Shown: piece by piece, positions 11,451 through 24,024 of the stretch | Layout: each line of letters starts with the position of its first letter | Position numbering within the stretch: the first letter of the stretch is position 1 | Source: Octopus bimaculoides | Lineage: Eukaryota | Length of the DNA: 40,294 bases | Direction of reading: 5' to 3' | Assembly: GCF_001194135.2 (NCBI RefSeq) | Contig: NC_068981.1 | Span: forward strand, 67,097,478 to 67,137,771 | Notes under the pieces: model-generated | What the model was told of the DNA's origin: nothing | Database searches by the model: none | What the model saw: the letters and a program-made list of their open reading frames with translations, nothing else | Program-made: the position numbers and the translations under genes

Positions 11451-12171
11451 TTCACACTCTGATGTGTGTCAAAAATAAGCTCGTGTTAAAACAAAGCGTG
11501 TTGCAAATATAAATATAAGCCAAAATAGGAATTTTCCTTCATATAATGCAATATATACAAAAGCGAATATTGACTTGAATTTTATAGACATGGAATATCA
11601 AATTTCACTCATATGATTGTGTGAGAATGAGTTTGCAGCAATATTTGTGATAAACGTTTGTATATACTTTGTAAGGATGTGTACGTGTTTAGTACACATA
11701 TATATGCATCAGAAATTGAATTATACAAGATATATAAGATTTCCTGTCAGTAAATGTAATATTACAAAGAACGTTTCTACTTATCTATGCCAGTTTGAAA
11801 ACATGTTTGTTAGTATTGAATTTGTCTGTGTTGCGATAAAAAAACTCATATTCAACTTGCGCATGCTAATATTACATACATCAAACAGTTTTGGCTACTT
11901 GTGATTCTATAACAGCAGGAAACATGTACATTTCTTGATAAAGAAATATTACTAATATCTAGCTAATTTCTAGTTGAGCTTTTTATATATTTTCCTCGCT
12001 GACTAAGCAATTCATAAAATCAATTTTCCAGAAGAAAATATACAAAAACAATACCGGCACCAGCAGTATCATCAGCAAAAACAACAATACCAACAATACA
12101 ACAGTATGTAAATAGAGAAGAAGAAGAAAAGGTAACGTTTTAGAATTATTTAACAGTTTACAGCGCCTCAC

Positions 12172-12399
12172 CCATAAAAGATATCAGCAACTTCATCATC
12201 AGCATTGCTACCAATATCAGCATCTGTAATAAAAGCACTATCTGGAAATTTGTTTTCTTGTTCCTCGTACCTTTTAAAGGATTGTGTTTTTCCCATCTTT
12301 ACCCTTTGAAGCAATTTAATATCAGTTAGTTCAATCAACCCGATTTCAATATTCATATTTATGTAGTCTCGACGTTTATATTTCATCTTGTATTGTGTC
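12172..12399 (-). CDS. Speculative 228-nt coding exon, product unknown
   Basis: Acceptor TTTTCACGCAACAG|G, donor TATGG|GTGAGG, one open frame (TQYKMKYKRRDY..DEVADIFYG); could also be a terminal exon ending at TGA 12170-12168. No homology recognised. Confidence 0.25.
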
Positions 12400-13023
12400 C
12401 TGTTGCGTGAAAATTGTATATATAAAACAAATTTATTGGATGTTTCGTTTCCCATTACTTATTTTCTTATTATATGTTTGTATTACGATTGTGTCATCCT
12501 TTATTACGATTGTGCCATTGGTTTTATCAGGATATATTTTTTAAAGTAAAGTAAAGAAATAAGGTTTCAAAAGATATGGAGAAAATAGCTTCATTTAATA
12601 TGTCAACCTGTGAAAGCATTTATTTTCCTATCTTATTTCAAGAACAAGGAAGTTGATAAAAACAACAAATATTTATCTGCTATCTAGCTTTGTGTCTAAC
12701 ATTGTGTGAGAAAACATTTTTCGAGCTAGTTACCTCTTCACTCCAGTATTTTCTAGCTTTATTGGTTTAGTGAACAGAGACTAGAATACTTGTTAAAGAA
12801 ATATTCAGGTATCCAATGTCAGTCTGGGCACATGTACATTGATATAGTAAACATGGAACCTGAAGGCAAACAGAGGTGAAAGCTTTCACAACAATATTTT
12901 ATAAAAATGACTTAGTAGATTTATTAAGGACAGAAGATTTTAGCAATTTGGGATTATTTTCCAGCTGCTTAGAAATCTACGTTTGTAGAATTTGAATTAG
13001 TTATTCTACTAGTAATAAGACAG

Positions 13024-13230
13024 AGAGCTGGCAGAATCGTTAGCACAGCGGGCAAAATGCTTAGCGGTATTTCGGCCGTCGCTATGTTCTGAGTTCAAAT
13101 TCCGTCTAAGTCGACTTTGCCTTTCGTCCTTTAGGGGTCGATAAATTAAGTACCAGTTAATCATTGGGGTCGATGTAATCGACTAGTTCCCTCCCCTCAA
13201 ATTTCAGGCTTTGTGCCTATAGTAGAAAAG
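13024..13230 (+). mobile_element. tRNA-derived SINE, near full length
   Basis: A box TGGCAGAATCG, B box GAGTTCAAATTC, central GTCGACTTTGCCTTTCGTCCTTTAGGGGTCGATAAATTAAGTACCAGT block (resembles the V-domain/Sauria-type SINE core as recalled), tail ..GTGCCTATAGTAGAAAAG; further copies elsewhere in the window. Confidence 0.85.
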
Positions 13231-13370
13231 AATCGTTAGCACACCGGACAAAATGCTTAGCGGCATTTCTTCCGACTTTACTTTCCAAGTTCAAATTCCA
13301 CGGAGGTCACCTTTGCGTTTCGTCATTTCGTGGTTGATGAAATACATACCAGACAACTACTGGCCTCACT
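13229..13370 (+). mobile_element. Second, more diverged copy of the same SINE in tandem
   Basis: AGAATCGTTAGCACACCGGACAAAATGCTTAGCGGCATTTC..AGTTCAAATTCC repeats 13033-13092. Confidence 0.75.
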
Positions 13371-14639
13371 ACAATAGACCTAACCATCTTCTCTCAGAAT
13401 TGCTGCCAATATTAAAATGATTCATTATTACTACAAGCCATATCTTATTTTTCTGTCCGTCGAAATTGCGTAGATAACTCCATCTCTTTCTTCGAGTATA
13501 ATACATATTGTGCTACCTTATTCTATTTTCCTTCTCATTTTAATGGCAATAGGATGTAGTTATTCGCATTGCGATATATAGTTGTGTTGGCTCGAGGATA
13601 TTAAATATTTCTACACACGACAAAATGACATAATTTCAATTTTAGTGCTGTTACTGAATTTTCTTTTGTCGACACAGTGTGCTATTTCTCTTCTCAAATT
13701 TTAAGTGCCTATACTTGATTACCTTCGGCTGAAAGTCAAACGCATTTTCAACTCAACCAGCTGTAATTCTCAATTAGTTAATTAGTTTACACAAATCAAG
13801 AATTTATTCATTACAAAGTGACGTAAATGAACGCCGTCGGCTAGTATTATGTGCCTTTCAAGTAAATTCATCAGCAATACTAAGTTTTAATGAACGTATT
13901 TTATATTATCTTTCAAGAACATCATCATCTCAAGATAAGATATCTTGCTCAAATAAGACTAGTTGCTATATCATTTTTAATACTTATTGTGATGCTTGGC
14001 ATAAATTCACAAATGATAAAAAGAAATATAGTCAGAATTGTTTGAATAGATTCTAATATGTTACCTATATTTGTTTCAAGAACTCATTGTGAAAAGAGGG
14101 AAGAATTGTAGCCTTTCATTTGGTGGGAATTGCTTCAAGAATGCTGAAGATCAAAATGAGAGATTGTTGAAAGAGTTTATTATGGTATCACCTTTACCTG
14201 TATTTCACCGCTTTCTGTTCGCTCTTTAAATTGTAGTGACGTTTGTTGAGCATGAACTAAGCTTCGTCAAGCCGAGACTCTGTTACATATTTCATTTCCT
14301 GCTGAGAGCCGCATAGCACACGTGACAAACGCAGTCGGAAAAAAGCATTTGCACAATATCTATTTTCTTGCACCATCCTATAGCCCAAGAGCCATAGTTG
14401 AATTCTTTCACATGGAAAGGAATACAACAGGTTTGTTATGAATAGCAACGATCTTAGGAATACAATGAAAATACTTCTCTCACATATAAGACGCAGCTGA
14501 TGCTACAAACAGGAACATATTAGGACTCATTTAAATGGATAAAAGCATGGGTTCATCCATTTCACTTTAATCTCTAGTCCACTCACATGCTGCCGCTTTT
14601 CGTAGCCTTTTGTATAGCAATAACAATACCTACTGTTCA

Positions 14640-15440
14640 TCGAAATTAGTCCTTTCAGTAATACTTCCACCCAAGCAAACCTAACACAATCGTCTCTTCT
14701 AGTCTCTCATACTAAACATCTTTAAACTGGCTGCGTGCTAACCATATTGCTAAATTATCATTGTGGAATGTCTTCGCTGTTCGTGTGATTTCTACAGTCA
14801 TTGATACATAGTTGTTGGGTGAACATCGGCCGCTTTGGTTTCACAAACATTTCTTTTACAAAGATACTGGACTCAATCACTTTAATTCGACTATGCATTT
14901 ACGCCCACCAACATATCCGTTCGGTTAAGTTAGAAAGATCAAGGTAAAATTTATGAAGAATTTAATAATACAGTCTATTACGTTTACTAATATATCACGG
15001 ATATTTTTGTTATCTAGTCCTAAATAATGCTTTGATCAAGCATATATATTAAATACAGAATCAAACCGTAACAGATCTCGTCTTTTTACAAAGGCATAGT
15101 GCATCATGACGACATTATCTAGTGTGCCTTTTTTTCTGCGATAGTAACGTGTAATTTAAAAGAAATTTTTTCATGTTTTTTTTCTTCACTGACATGGCTC
15201 ACAACTAATTACCTCGAATTTTATTGCGATTAATGAGAACCAACTCAAACCTGACTAAATAAACTTGCCATCAAAGGCGTTCTATTCAATTTTATCCAAT
15301 GTACTTTTAAGACTAAGTGTACCAGGGACCATACTAACCATAGTCACATTCTTCAAGACAGAAAGGTATGATTCAAATGGTATCAACCGCTTTTTGTAAA
15401 ACTGTAAATGGCTAAGTTGAGAGGAACTTTTACGCTCCTT
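14640..15440 (-). mobile_element. Possible very old CR1/L2-group LINE RT remnant
   Basis: Only scattered motif traces in different frames (LQKAVDTI ~ DxxKAFD; YLGLD; DCVRF); weak. Confidence 0.25.
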
Positions 15441-15586
15441 GGGCTCTTTGTTGCTTATAGTATTCTGTGAGATTTTGATCTAAACCAACACAATTGTCAG
15501 TAAGAATTTATAACACATATAAAAACGTTATCAAATAAATACGATAGTTTGTTCAACGTAAAATTTATAAGAATGAAATTGCATCC

Positions 15587-15620
<34 letters not shown>

Positions 15621-15692
15621 CATGACCATTCCCAAATACAACAATACACACACACACACACACTCACACGTACACAGACACACACACACACA

Positions 15693-15786
<94 letters not shown>
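15587..15786. repeat. (TA)n and long (CA)n microsatellites
   Basis: Seen directly. Confidence 0.95.
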
Positions 15787-15788
<2 letters not shown>

Positions 15789-16254
15789 ACTGTATGTGTA
15801 TATATTTGTACTTAAAAAGTCAGCTGAAATTGAATATCTGATATCGATTTCAAATCCAAATACTATTGATTAGCGCTATGTGAAATAGCGACACCTCCAA
15901 TCTAAATACCAATATGTTTATCTGGGAGGCTTTTAAATTGAATCCTCTAACCAAACACTCATCGCAACGTGATTGATTAAATGCATTGCCATGACAACAA
16001 TGTTAAAGATATAGCTTAACACGGAAAGTCATCAGTACTTAGTTACCTCATTAGTATTAATGTACTGTAGTTGAAAATACAAATAATGCTATTCTGAACA
16101 TGAACAGGCACATCTCCGGAAACCCTCGAATGTCAAGTCAGAAACAAAAACTACAAGAAGAAAAATAACAACAATAATAGTAACAACATCAACAAATACT
16201 GACTCATATTATACGTCCAAATAAATACACATACATATACACATATGTAAGCAT

Positions 16255-16279
16255 GTATATATATATATATATCTATATA

Positions 16280-16327
<48 letters not shown>

Positions 16328-16330
16328 TAT
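16255..16330. repeat. (TA)n microsatellite
   Basis: Seen directly. Confidence 0.95.
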
Positions 16331-16539
16331 ATTCTCTTGTGAATCGGTGAACATTCAAAGAAACTTGCTAATGGAAATGCCAATATAACAAGATAATATA
16401 AATACCAATATAATAAGAAATCACACAAATATATGCACATCAGACATACACATAGACACACATTTATTTGTCAACATTACAACATGGCTAAATCTATAGA
16501 ATGTCCAACTAAATATCTTGTGGTAATTAGTTGCGCCCG

Positions 16540-16615
16540 ATCATGTTCTGAGTTCAAATCTTACTGATGTCTTTGAGTTCGCTTTTCTCCCTTTCGAGGG
16601 ATCAATAATACAGTC
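16540..16615 (+). mobile_element. Degenerate SINE fragment (13024 family)
   Basis: ATGTTCTGAGTTCAAATC..CTTTTCTCCCTTTCGAGGGATCAATAA matches the B box and core. Confidence 0.5.
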
Positions 16616-16782
16616 AAATATTGAAATCAATTCACTTGTCTATCGTTTCTTAAAACTATATGTTTGATTTCCTAAGAAATATATATTGATTTCTTGGAAA
16701 GGGACGAAGCTATGAATTTTTAGGGCGCTTATATTAAATTTATCATTTAGCGCTTTTATGATATAATTTTTTTTATTGATCC

Positions 16783-16860
16783 CGGAAGAACGGAATTCAA
16801 AATCTGTCTTGGTTGGATTTGAACTCATCACAGAAGGGATCGTCACGAAATATTCCAGGT
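16783..16860 (-). mobile_element. Degenerate SINE fragment (13024 family)
   Basis: TTTTATTGATCCCGGAAG..GGATTTGAACTC is the reverse complement of the core and B box. Confidence 0.45.
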
Positions 16861-16884
16861 ATTACATGATCATTGGTTTCAAAT

Positions 16885-17065
16885 TTTGGCACAATACCAG
16901 CAATTTCGGGGGAGGGTAAGACTATTACATCGATTCAGTATTAGACTGGTAATTATTTTATCGACTCCGAAAGGATAGAAGCAAAGTCGACTTGGGCGGA
17001 ATTTGAACTCAGAACGTGAAGATAGACGAGATGCTGTTAAGAATTCTGCCCGTTGTGCTAACTAT
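16885..17065 (-). mobile_element. SINE (13024 family), near full length
   Basis: Reverse complement of 13030-13220: GGCACAA..TTACATCGA..TTTTATCGACTCCGAAAGGATAGAAGCAAAGTCGACTTGGGCGGAATTTGAACTCAGAAC..TGTGCTAAC. Confidence 0.8.
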
Positions 17066-17384
17066 TTTCAAATTATTAACACCATTATGTTACTGAAGAG
17101 TAAAACTTTTGGATTCAGTTCTGCGATGTTACTGTCAGAAATCACTGTTAGATTATTCCAAGCGTAATATCGTTTACCTATTTCATTTCCTGGATGTTAA
17201 CCATAATATTTGCTCATTTCAGCGAACTTCTGTATGTGGTAACCATATCAAAAGAGTAATATGCGGATTGCCGAGAGAACATTCAGGAAAGTTTGGTTAG
17301 TTCAAGCAGGACGGCCGAGTCTAATAATGATGTTTTTAACGATGACACAAAGCTACATGTTTTTGAAACGGAACAAGCGGCTTA

Positions 17385-17455
17385 ATTGACTCCAATATTT
17401 ATTTTATCGACCTAAAGTGATTTGAATTCAGAACGTAAACGGAGGTAATGAAATA
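17385..17455 (-). mobile_element. Internally deleted SINE remnant (13024 family)
   Basis: TTTTATCGACC..ATTTGAATTCAGAACGTAAAC. Confidence 0.45.
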
Positions 17456-18181
17456 CCATAATTCATTTTATGTTGTCCGCAATATAGTATTATTGCCACT
17501 CGCTTATTTCCAAGCATCTATCCAATAATAGAAATTAGTTGGATTTAAAAGTATTTCAGAAGTCTGAAACATGTTTTTCTCTTTCCGGTGAAATCAATTA
17601 GTCAATTAATCATGCTATCTATCTATATTTATAATTTTAATTCTCGCTTTTCATGGTCCTTCCCGCTACATCTACTCGTTCACACTGCTGTGTAGATGAT
17701 GCTCTTTTTCACTTTGTCTTAACCTTCTCTCCATATAAATCTTCCACAAATATTCAACGTCAGATATGTCTCGATTCACCAATGGTAGCACGACAATCCA
17801 ATTTCTTCCTTCAACAAAAGACAACCCCCATCAAATCCCCATTCGTATTAATGAGAAAAGTCTTACGTCCTTATTTTCCTAAATGCCAACAACATACAAC
17901 CAAAACTTCTAAAGTATCGTTCATATTCTAAGCTTCCGGCTGGATTTCATAGCGGCCTCATGTTAATATAATAATTGGGCATCTGTTTACAAAGGAATAC
18001 ACTTCATCTATCTTGATTCACTCACCCTCTACAAGATGAACATTTATTCATTTTGTAGTTTCTTTCATAATCAGGAAAGTCACTGATGCGATACACACAA
18101 ATGCTTTACCTTCGATCAAAGCAAGAAGATGGTAAATATTCACTCACTAACATGTTACAAACACATTATTTTCTTATTTTC

Positions 18182-18274
18182 CATCCTGCTTCTTCTACTA
18201 CTAAAATAGTTTCATCCTGCCTCTTCTACTACTAAAATAGTTTCATCCTGCCTCTTCTACTACTAAAATAATTT
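18182..18274. repeat. Minisatellite, 3 x 31 bp (CATCCTGCCTCTTCTACTACTAAAATAGTTT)
   Basis: Units start at 18182, 18213 and 18244. Confidence 0.95.
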
Positions 18275-19667
18275 TGCGTCTCTTAAATAATACGTTTTTT
18301 GTCTTAATCAACCAAGTCCTAACGATATATTTTTTGCGCTTTCTGTTGTCTCCCACCATAGCTCTCACACAATGCACATTTTTATTAACCTTTAGTTGAA
18401 TAATCTGCCATTTTTTCTGCAAGTCTACATGCATTGAAAGAATGATGCTGAACGTCATCCATATCGATCACACCAACATTGGAGGACCTGCAAAGGTCAT
18501 CGGTGATATTGTTCCTTCTTCGACTAATCAATAATTAGCCAATGATAGAGTTGCTTCCTGGCTCTTAATTTACTAGAAATAACAGTAATATTTACTAAAA
18601 TCACTCTAACATCATACATGTACGAACACATCGGAAAACATGAATTAAGACGGGGTTAGTCAGGACAGAAATGCCTTGCCTCTAATAATAAATCTTGATC
18701 AGATGTGTTTTAGGGCAGAACGACAATAGAAATTATTAATAATTTGTATTAAAAAGTTGCAAATTTCCTCTTTGAAATGCATGAACATATACACTTTCCT
18801 GAAACTTGAAACGTGTACTTGAATCGTCAACAGCTCTCGTATTTCTGAGCGAAATTACCTAAAATAAGTACCGAGATTATTCTATTTTAACTAATAGGTA
18901 AATCATTTTGGACTATGCAGCATAACGAAAACTTGACCTACGGTTTCATATCTTAGCAAACAAATTTTCCTTCATTTTATTTGTTGAACATAATCTAGAC
19001 TCGAGCACCATACGTTCTGACATGCAATGGTTAATTTTATATGGTGGCAGTGTGGTAGACTTAGCATGTTATTCCATCTATGCACCCCCTCCACCAAACA
19101 TTCACAAACATACATACACGCATGATCCAGGGCAGACTGCAGCAGAGGCAGATAATATAAATGTGATAGCTCACAATATCCATCACGTGGTTGTGCAAAA
19201 TGCAAAACTTAGCAACACAATCTCTTAGAAACTTCAACTTACCTTAAATTTTCATTAAAATACTGGATGACTCAATACGTGACAGAAATGGTAAATTTTG
19301 AGATATATTCTAGCAGTATGATTTTACCATATTGTAGTACTAGTAATACCAAAATACATTTTCTTCCATGTTTGGTTTCTAAATTTAAATTGTCGACCAT
19401 TGCTGTTTTGTTGCTGTTTTTGAACTCCAATTGACGTTCCAGCTGTTGTATTGAGAACAGTTTCCAATGTAGCACTTTCACTTCCTGATCGTGTCACCAC
19501 AACTTGTGGTAGTTTTGGGCAAGTCTATGACTATCGTCCGTGATATAAACAATGATTTCATTCACTCTATTGCAGATGAGGTACAGCAGAGACACTGATC
19601 TTGCGTTGCCAGTATAGTGCTCTTGGTCTGTTTCTTTTTAATATTCCTTTCATCAGCTAATCAGTCC

Positions 19668-19712
<45 letters not shown>

Positions 19713-19850
19713 CATTGAATGAAATGCAGTGCATTGCATCAAAGTGACACTGGGGTTAAGTATACGAAGCCCAGTATATCCTACCCGTCTGATAAGGCAC
19801 ATGCATCACAACCATAAGTGCGCGACATGATCTCATATAAAATAAACAGC
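19668..19850 (-). mobile_element. Probable LINE/SINE 3' end with (TAA)n tail
   Basis: ~140-bp non-microsatellite block ending (minus strand) in a long (TAA)n tract; resembles a common octopus interspersed repeat as recalled, not verified. Confidence 0.4.
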
Positions 19851-20919
19851 GAAGAAAAGAAAATTATCAAAAGAAATGAAGAGTTCATACCCCTTGAAGG
19901 AGTTCCAATATCATGGGAGAAGGAACTGTTTACCTTTGTCAACAAAATATAATTCACAGCCACTCGCAAAAATAACAAATTTCCCGACCGAATCCGAATC
20001 GAAGAGGAAATAAGATCACATTTTAAACAATATAAAATCAACGAATATTAGTAGAAACATCAGATAGACTATATGAAGTGTTATATTTCAAAGATCCAGA
20101 AGATATAGGATATAGGACCTCAATTGGTTATTATTATCGAAAAGATCCCAAAGGAGGAATTTTAGAGTTTTCAGTTATGAGCAGTACGGGCAGGAAAGAG
20201 ACTAAAAGTTAGATGCGGAACATATATACCTTGGTCGATGCGAATGGAAGTTTTACTCTTTATATAGATATCTCATTTGAATTATTTTACAATTTATCAC
20301 GCTTTGCATTTGTTTTTGGAAATATTTCTGCTTTTTAAGAAATTCATCCAATTACATTTTGCAGGCATCTTTCACCACTCCCTTCATCTTTGAATAACTT
20401 GTGCATCTTACCCTACATGTCTTTATAACATTCCCATATTTTTAATCTTTAATTTTATGTATTCTTTCAAATCCTTCTGGTTAATAAAGAGAAAAAAATC
20501 TTTATATCATTCGTGCTGTGTTTCTTTCTTGGCAAGACATGTTTGAGTGGGCACCGTTTTTGGATTATATTTTATTAAGATTTTAAGACAGTATAATTAT
20601 TTTTTCCTCGTATCGCTCGAGATTATTAAAATCACGAGCTTTCTATTTTCCTGTCTTGTTTGCACAAAAAAAAAAGTCATTTTCAAACAAGTGTTTATTT
20701 TTTTGCATTTAGCCATATTTCAATATTAGGGATAACGGAAAGAGTTTCTCGTCATAGTGGTGGCAACAGCCAAATAAACAAATACGCTCCTCAACTAAAC
20801 ACTAGTAAACATGATATTACCACATATTAAAAAAGAGAATCTAAGAGAGAGAAGGCTAAGAACATCGAAGACACGGAAACAAACCATAGAAAAAAAATGA
20901 CTGAGTGATAGAAAACTGG

Positions 20920-21450
20920 CAATATTAGTTTTAAACATTCACAATTAAAAAGCAAAGAGAGCAACCAAAACGTCCACAGCACTAAACCCAACATGATAAC
21001 AGTCATACGTTCTCACAGAATGTTAATGACGTTAGATGCAATTCTATGACAGTTTTTGCCCTTGTCAGAAAAATACCTGGCTGAGGTGTATCACAAAAGA
21101 ACGTATCTCTTTGCCCGAGGATTTGCTCAAAGTAACAAATTAAGAAGGCCCTATTTGATAATTAGGTGAATGATAGAGAAGCATTTACAAATTATTCAAG
21201 GCCAAGAGCGAATCAGGTATACCTGCCTATATGATTACACTATGATATATACACTCAGAAACAGTGGAATTGATAATAGCTTCTAATTTTCTGATACTCC
21301 GCTTCCAATACAAGCAGACTAGGAGTACAGAAGCAATGGTAAATAATATGCAATTGAGATGTGTCAGTACGAAATTAGAAATCTAAATGAGTCCTGAACC
21401 AGCCGATATTTTTGATGGTACCCTACAGTGAATGCTGAAACAAAAACAGA
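20920..21450 (+). mobile_element. Possible decayed APE endonuclease of a CR1/L2-group LINE
   Basis: Traces ILVLNIH, VLTEC and PEPADIFDG resembling the N/E/GDFN motifs and the APE start at ~40190; many stops. Confidence 0.3.
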
Positions 21451-21514
21451 ATTAAGCCTAGTAATTCAGAGTAGAAAACTTAGCTGTTACACATTTGGTA
21501 ATGAGGGAGAAATA

Positions 21515-21517
21515 GAA

Positions 21518-21551
<34 letters not shown>

Positions 21552-21556
21552 GGAGA

Positions 21557-21619
<63 letters not shown>
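21515..21619. repeat. (GA)n microsatellite
   Basis: Seen directly. Confidence 0.95.
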
Positions 21620-21623
<4 letters not shown>

Positions 21624-21878
21624 ATAAGAGAGGGTGAGTTTAGAAAATAATAGATTCTGGATACTACTATACCAAAATCACATGTATATGTGTGTATATA
21701 TGAGTGTGTCCTGGTGTGTTTGTTGTAGATGTGTGTTCCTGGAAGATAGGAGCATTGTGTTTATGAATGTGTTAATGTAAGAATGTATGTATTAATGAGT
21801 GTGTGTTTGTGCAGGATTTAGAGTATTGCCAAGTTGTTCCGACACCAGTCGTTAGTTGAAGTATATTTTTTAATGATA

Positions 21879-22710
21879 TCAGAGTATGTTTAATTGTAGT
21901 CTGTATTTTCGAATAAAAAATGTCTTTATTTTTTCCTGTTTGGTCAGTGGTGCTATTTGGGCAAAAGTACAAAGGGAAATTTTGAAATTTGCGAGACAGA
22001 GATCTAAGTGGTCACTGGGTAGTATCTGTTTTTTGGTGGTGTCCCGCAATTGTTGGTGGTACAAAAGTGTGTCCTGATTACGACAAAAGTGTGTCCTGAT
22101 TGAAATTTATACATTGTACCTTCAATGAGGTGGATGGAAGTCCCGCAATTAGAGCGACCAGATTTTTTGACGGTTGGTGTTTGGCTTGTGGTGGGTAATT
22201 TTGCATTGGTAAGTAATTTCTTCAAGGATTTAGGTTGCCCCTTGCTTCTTTTTATTTTATGGATTTCGAGTCCTTTTTTTTAAATCTTGGGTCTTGGCTC
22301 AGCAGTGGGGTGTTCTTGTGTATAACGGTGTAAGCTTCTGTATTCCTTGGGTTGTGTGTTGAGAGATATGGAAGACTATTTAGCGTACCTTGAATGTGTT
22401 TCGTTTTTCGTAAATTTTGCATGTCGATTGCCTTAGCCCGTTCTATTCCATTATCAATTAATGATGATGGGTACTGTCTTTCTAGTAGATTTTCCTTTAG
22501 TTCTTGGAGTCTTTCGTCTTGATTTTCATAATTCGAGATAATTGTACAAATTCATCTCAATAGGTGAAAAGAACGTTTGTCGAAGTGAACAAAAAGTATT
22601 GTTTGGAATCAGTGGGTTTGTAGTTTCAATATTTGTGTCTTTTTTATGATAAAAATATCTACAAATGGGAGTTGGTTTTGACCATATTTTATTGCGAATT
22701 GGATATGATT
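21879..22710 (-). mobile_element. Neptune-type PLE, 3' part (RT end, linker with CxxC-like motif, partly deleted GIY-YIG)
   Basis: Minus strand: NHIQFAIKYGQNQLPFVDIF; ENQDERLQELKENLLERQYPSSLIDNGIERAKAI; LPYLSTHNPRN; KSLKKLLTNAK..VKKSGRSNCGTSIHL; HQQLRD..ILPSDHLDLC..FFIRKYRLQLN. Confidence 0.85.
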
Positions 22711-22846
22711 CAGTTCTATATTTAAGAGATGAGGAATTATTTACATCAGGTGTCTTGGGGAAATTTCGAACCTGGGTTCTCATTCCTATCGATGTTACAA
22801 TTATTATTATTATATTATTATTATTATTATATTATTATTATTATTC

Positions 22847-22903
22847 CGAACTCGGAACCTTGGGGTTAGTAGCCCGCGCTCTTAACCACTACGCCATATG
22901 CCC
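22847..22903 (-). ncRNA. tRNA-derived Pol III promoter head in PLE 3' region (3'-truncated just after GTTCG)
   Basis: GGGCATATGGCGTAGTGGTTAAGAGCGCGGGCTACTAACCCCAAGGTTCCGAGTTCG on the minus strand. Confidence 0.75.
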
Positions 22904-22933
22904 GTGGGCAATTATGGGGTGAATTTTTAAGGC

Positions 22934-23231
22934 TTATAAATCTATTATTTTTCTATCCTTCCTCAATACCGGTTCCCATATGCTATTCATATCTGCACTC
23001 GGTCTGCTTAGGAGGTTGTTGTGTCCTAGCATATGTGCTGCTTCTTTTAGTTTTCGTATTTTCCAGTGTTGTTCCCTGTCTATTATTTTAACTTCATCCC
23101 ACAGGGGGAGGTGGTTTCCATTTTTCCATACATGATCAGCTATACCCGATTTATCGATATCTCCTCGTGTCACAGCTTTGCGATGTTCTTCTACCCTTAT
23201 TTTGAGGGGGCGACATGTTTCGCCTTTGTAT
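22934..23231 (-). CDS. Penelope GIY-YIG endonuclease, C-terminal part (runs into gap, no disablement visible)
   Basis: YKGETCRPLKIRVEEHRKAVTRGDIDKSGIADHVWKNGNHLPLWDEVKIIDREQHWKIRKLKEAAHM..EPVLRKDRKIIDL*: YxGET, R..EH, S.IA.H and R...EA motifs of PLE GIY-YIG. Confidence 0.9.
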
Positions 23232-23974
23232 NNNNNNNNNNNNNNNNNNNNNNNNNNNNNNNNNNNNNNNNNNNNNNNNNNNNNNNNNNNNNNNNNNNNN
23301 NNNNNNNNNNNNNNNNNNNNNNNNNNNNNNNNNNNNNNNNNNNNNNNNNNNNNNNNNNNNNNNNNNNNNNNNNNNNNNNNNNNNNNNNNNNNNNNNNNNN
23401 NNNNNNNNNNNNNNNNNNNNNNNNNNNNNNNNNNNNNNNNNNNNNNNNNNNNNNNNNNNNNNNNNNNNNNNNNNNNNNNNNNNNNNNNNNNNNNNNNNNN
23501 NNNNNNNNNNNNNNNNNNNNNNNNNNNNNNNNNNNNNNNNNNNNNNNNNNNNNNNNNNNNNNNNNNNNNNNNNNNNNNNNNNNNNNNNNNNNNNNNNNNN
23601 NNNNNNNNNNNNNNNNNNNNNNNNNNNNNNNNNNNNNNNNNNNNNNNNNNNNNNNNNNNNNNNNNNNNNNNNNNNNNNNNNNNNNNNNNNNNNNNNNNNN
23701 NNNNNNNNNNNNNNNNNNNNNNNNNNNNNNNNNNNNNNNNNNNNNNNNNNNNNNNNNNNNNNNNNNNNNNNNNNNNNNNNNNNNNNNNNNNNNNNNNNNN
23801 NNNNNNNNNNNNNNNNNNNNNNNNNNNNNNNNNNNNNNNNNNNNNNNNNNNNNNNNNNNNNNNNNNNNNNNNNNNNNNNNNNNNNNNNNNNNNNNNNNNN
23901 NNNNNNNNNNNNNNNNNNNNNNNNNNNNNNNNNNNNNNNNNNNNNNNNNNNNNNNNNNNNNNNNNNNNNNNNNN
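23232..23974. other. Assembly gap inside the inverted PLE
   Basis: N run. Confidence 0.99.
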
Positions 23975-24024
23975 AGGAAGGATAGAAAAATAATAGATTT
24001 ATAAGCCTTAAAAATTCACCCCAC

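Noticed and set aside
10503-11512. Long ORFs (200-314 aa) in the ORF track; likewise 2617-2968, 23066-24068 and 38912-39501
   Set aside because: They are open only because they run through N gaps and TA/CA repeats.
19850-20200. Possible decayed retroelement ORF1 (EEFIPLEGVPISWEKE.., EEEIRSHFKQY..)
   Set aside because: Fragmented by stops, with no diagnostic motif; not supportable without a search.
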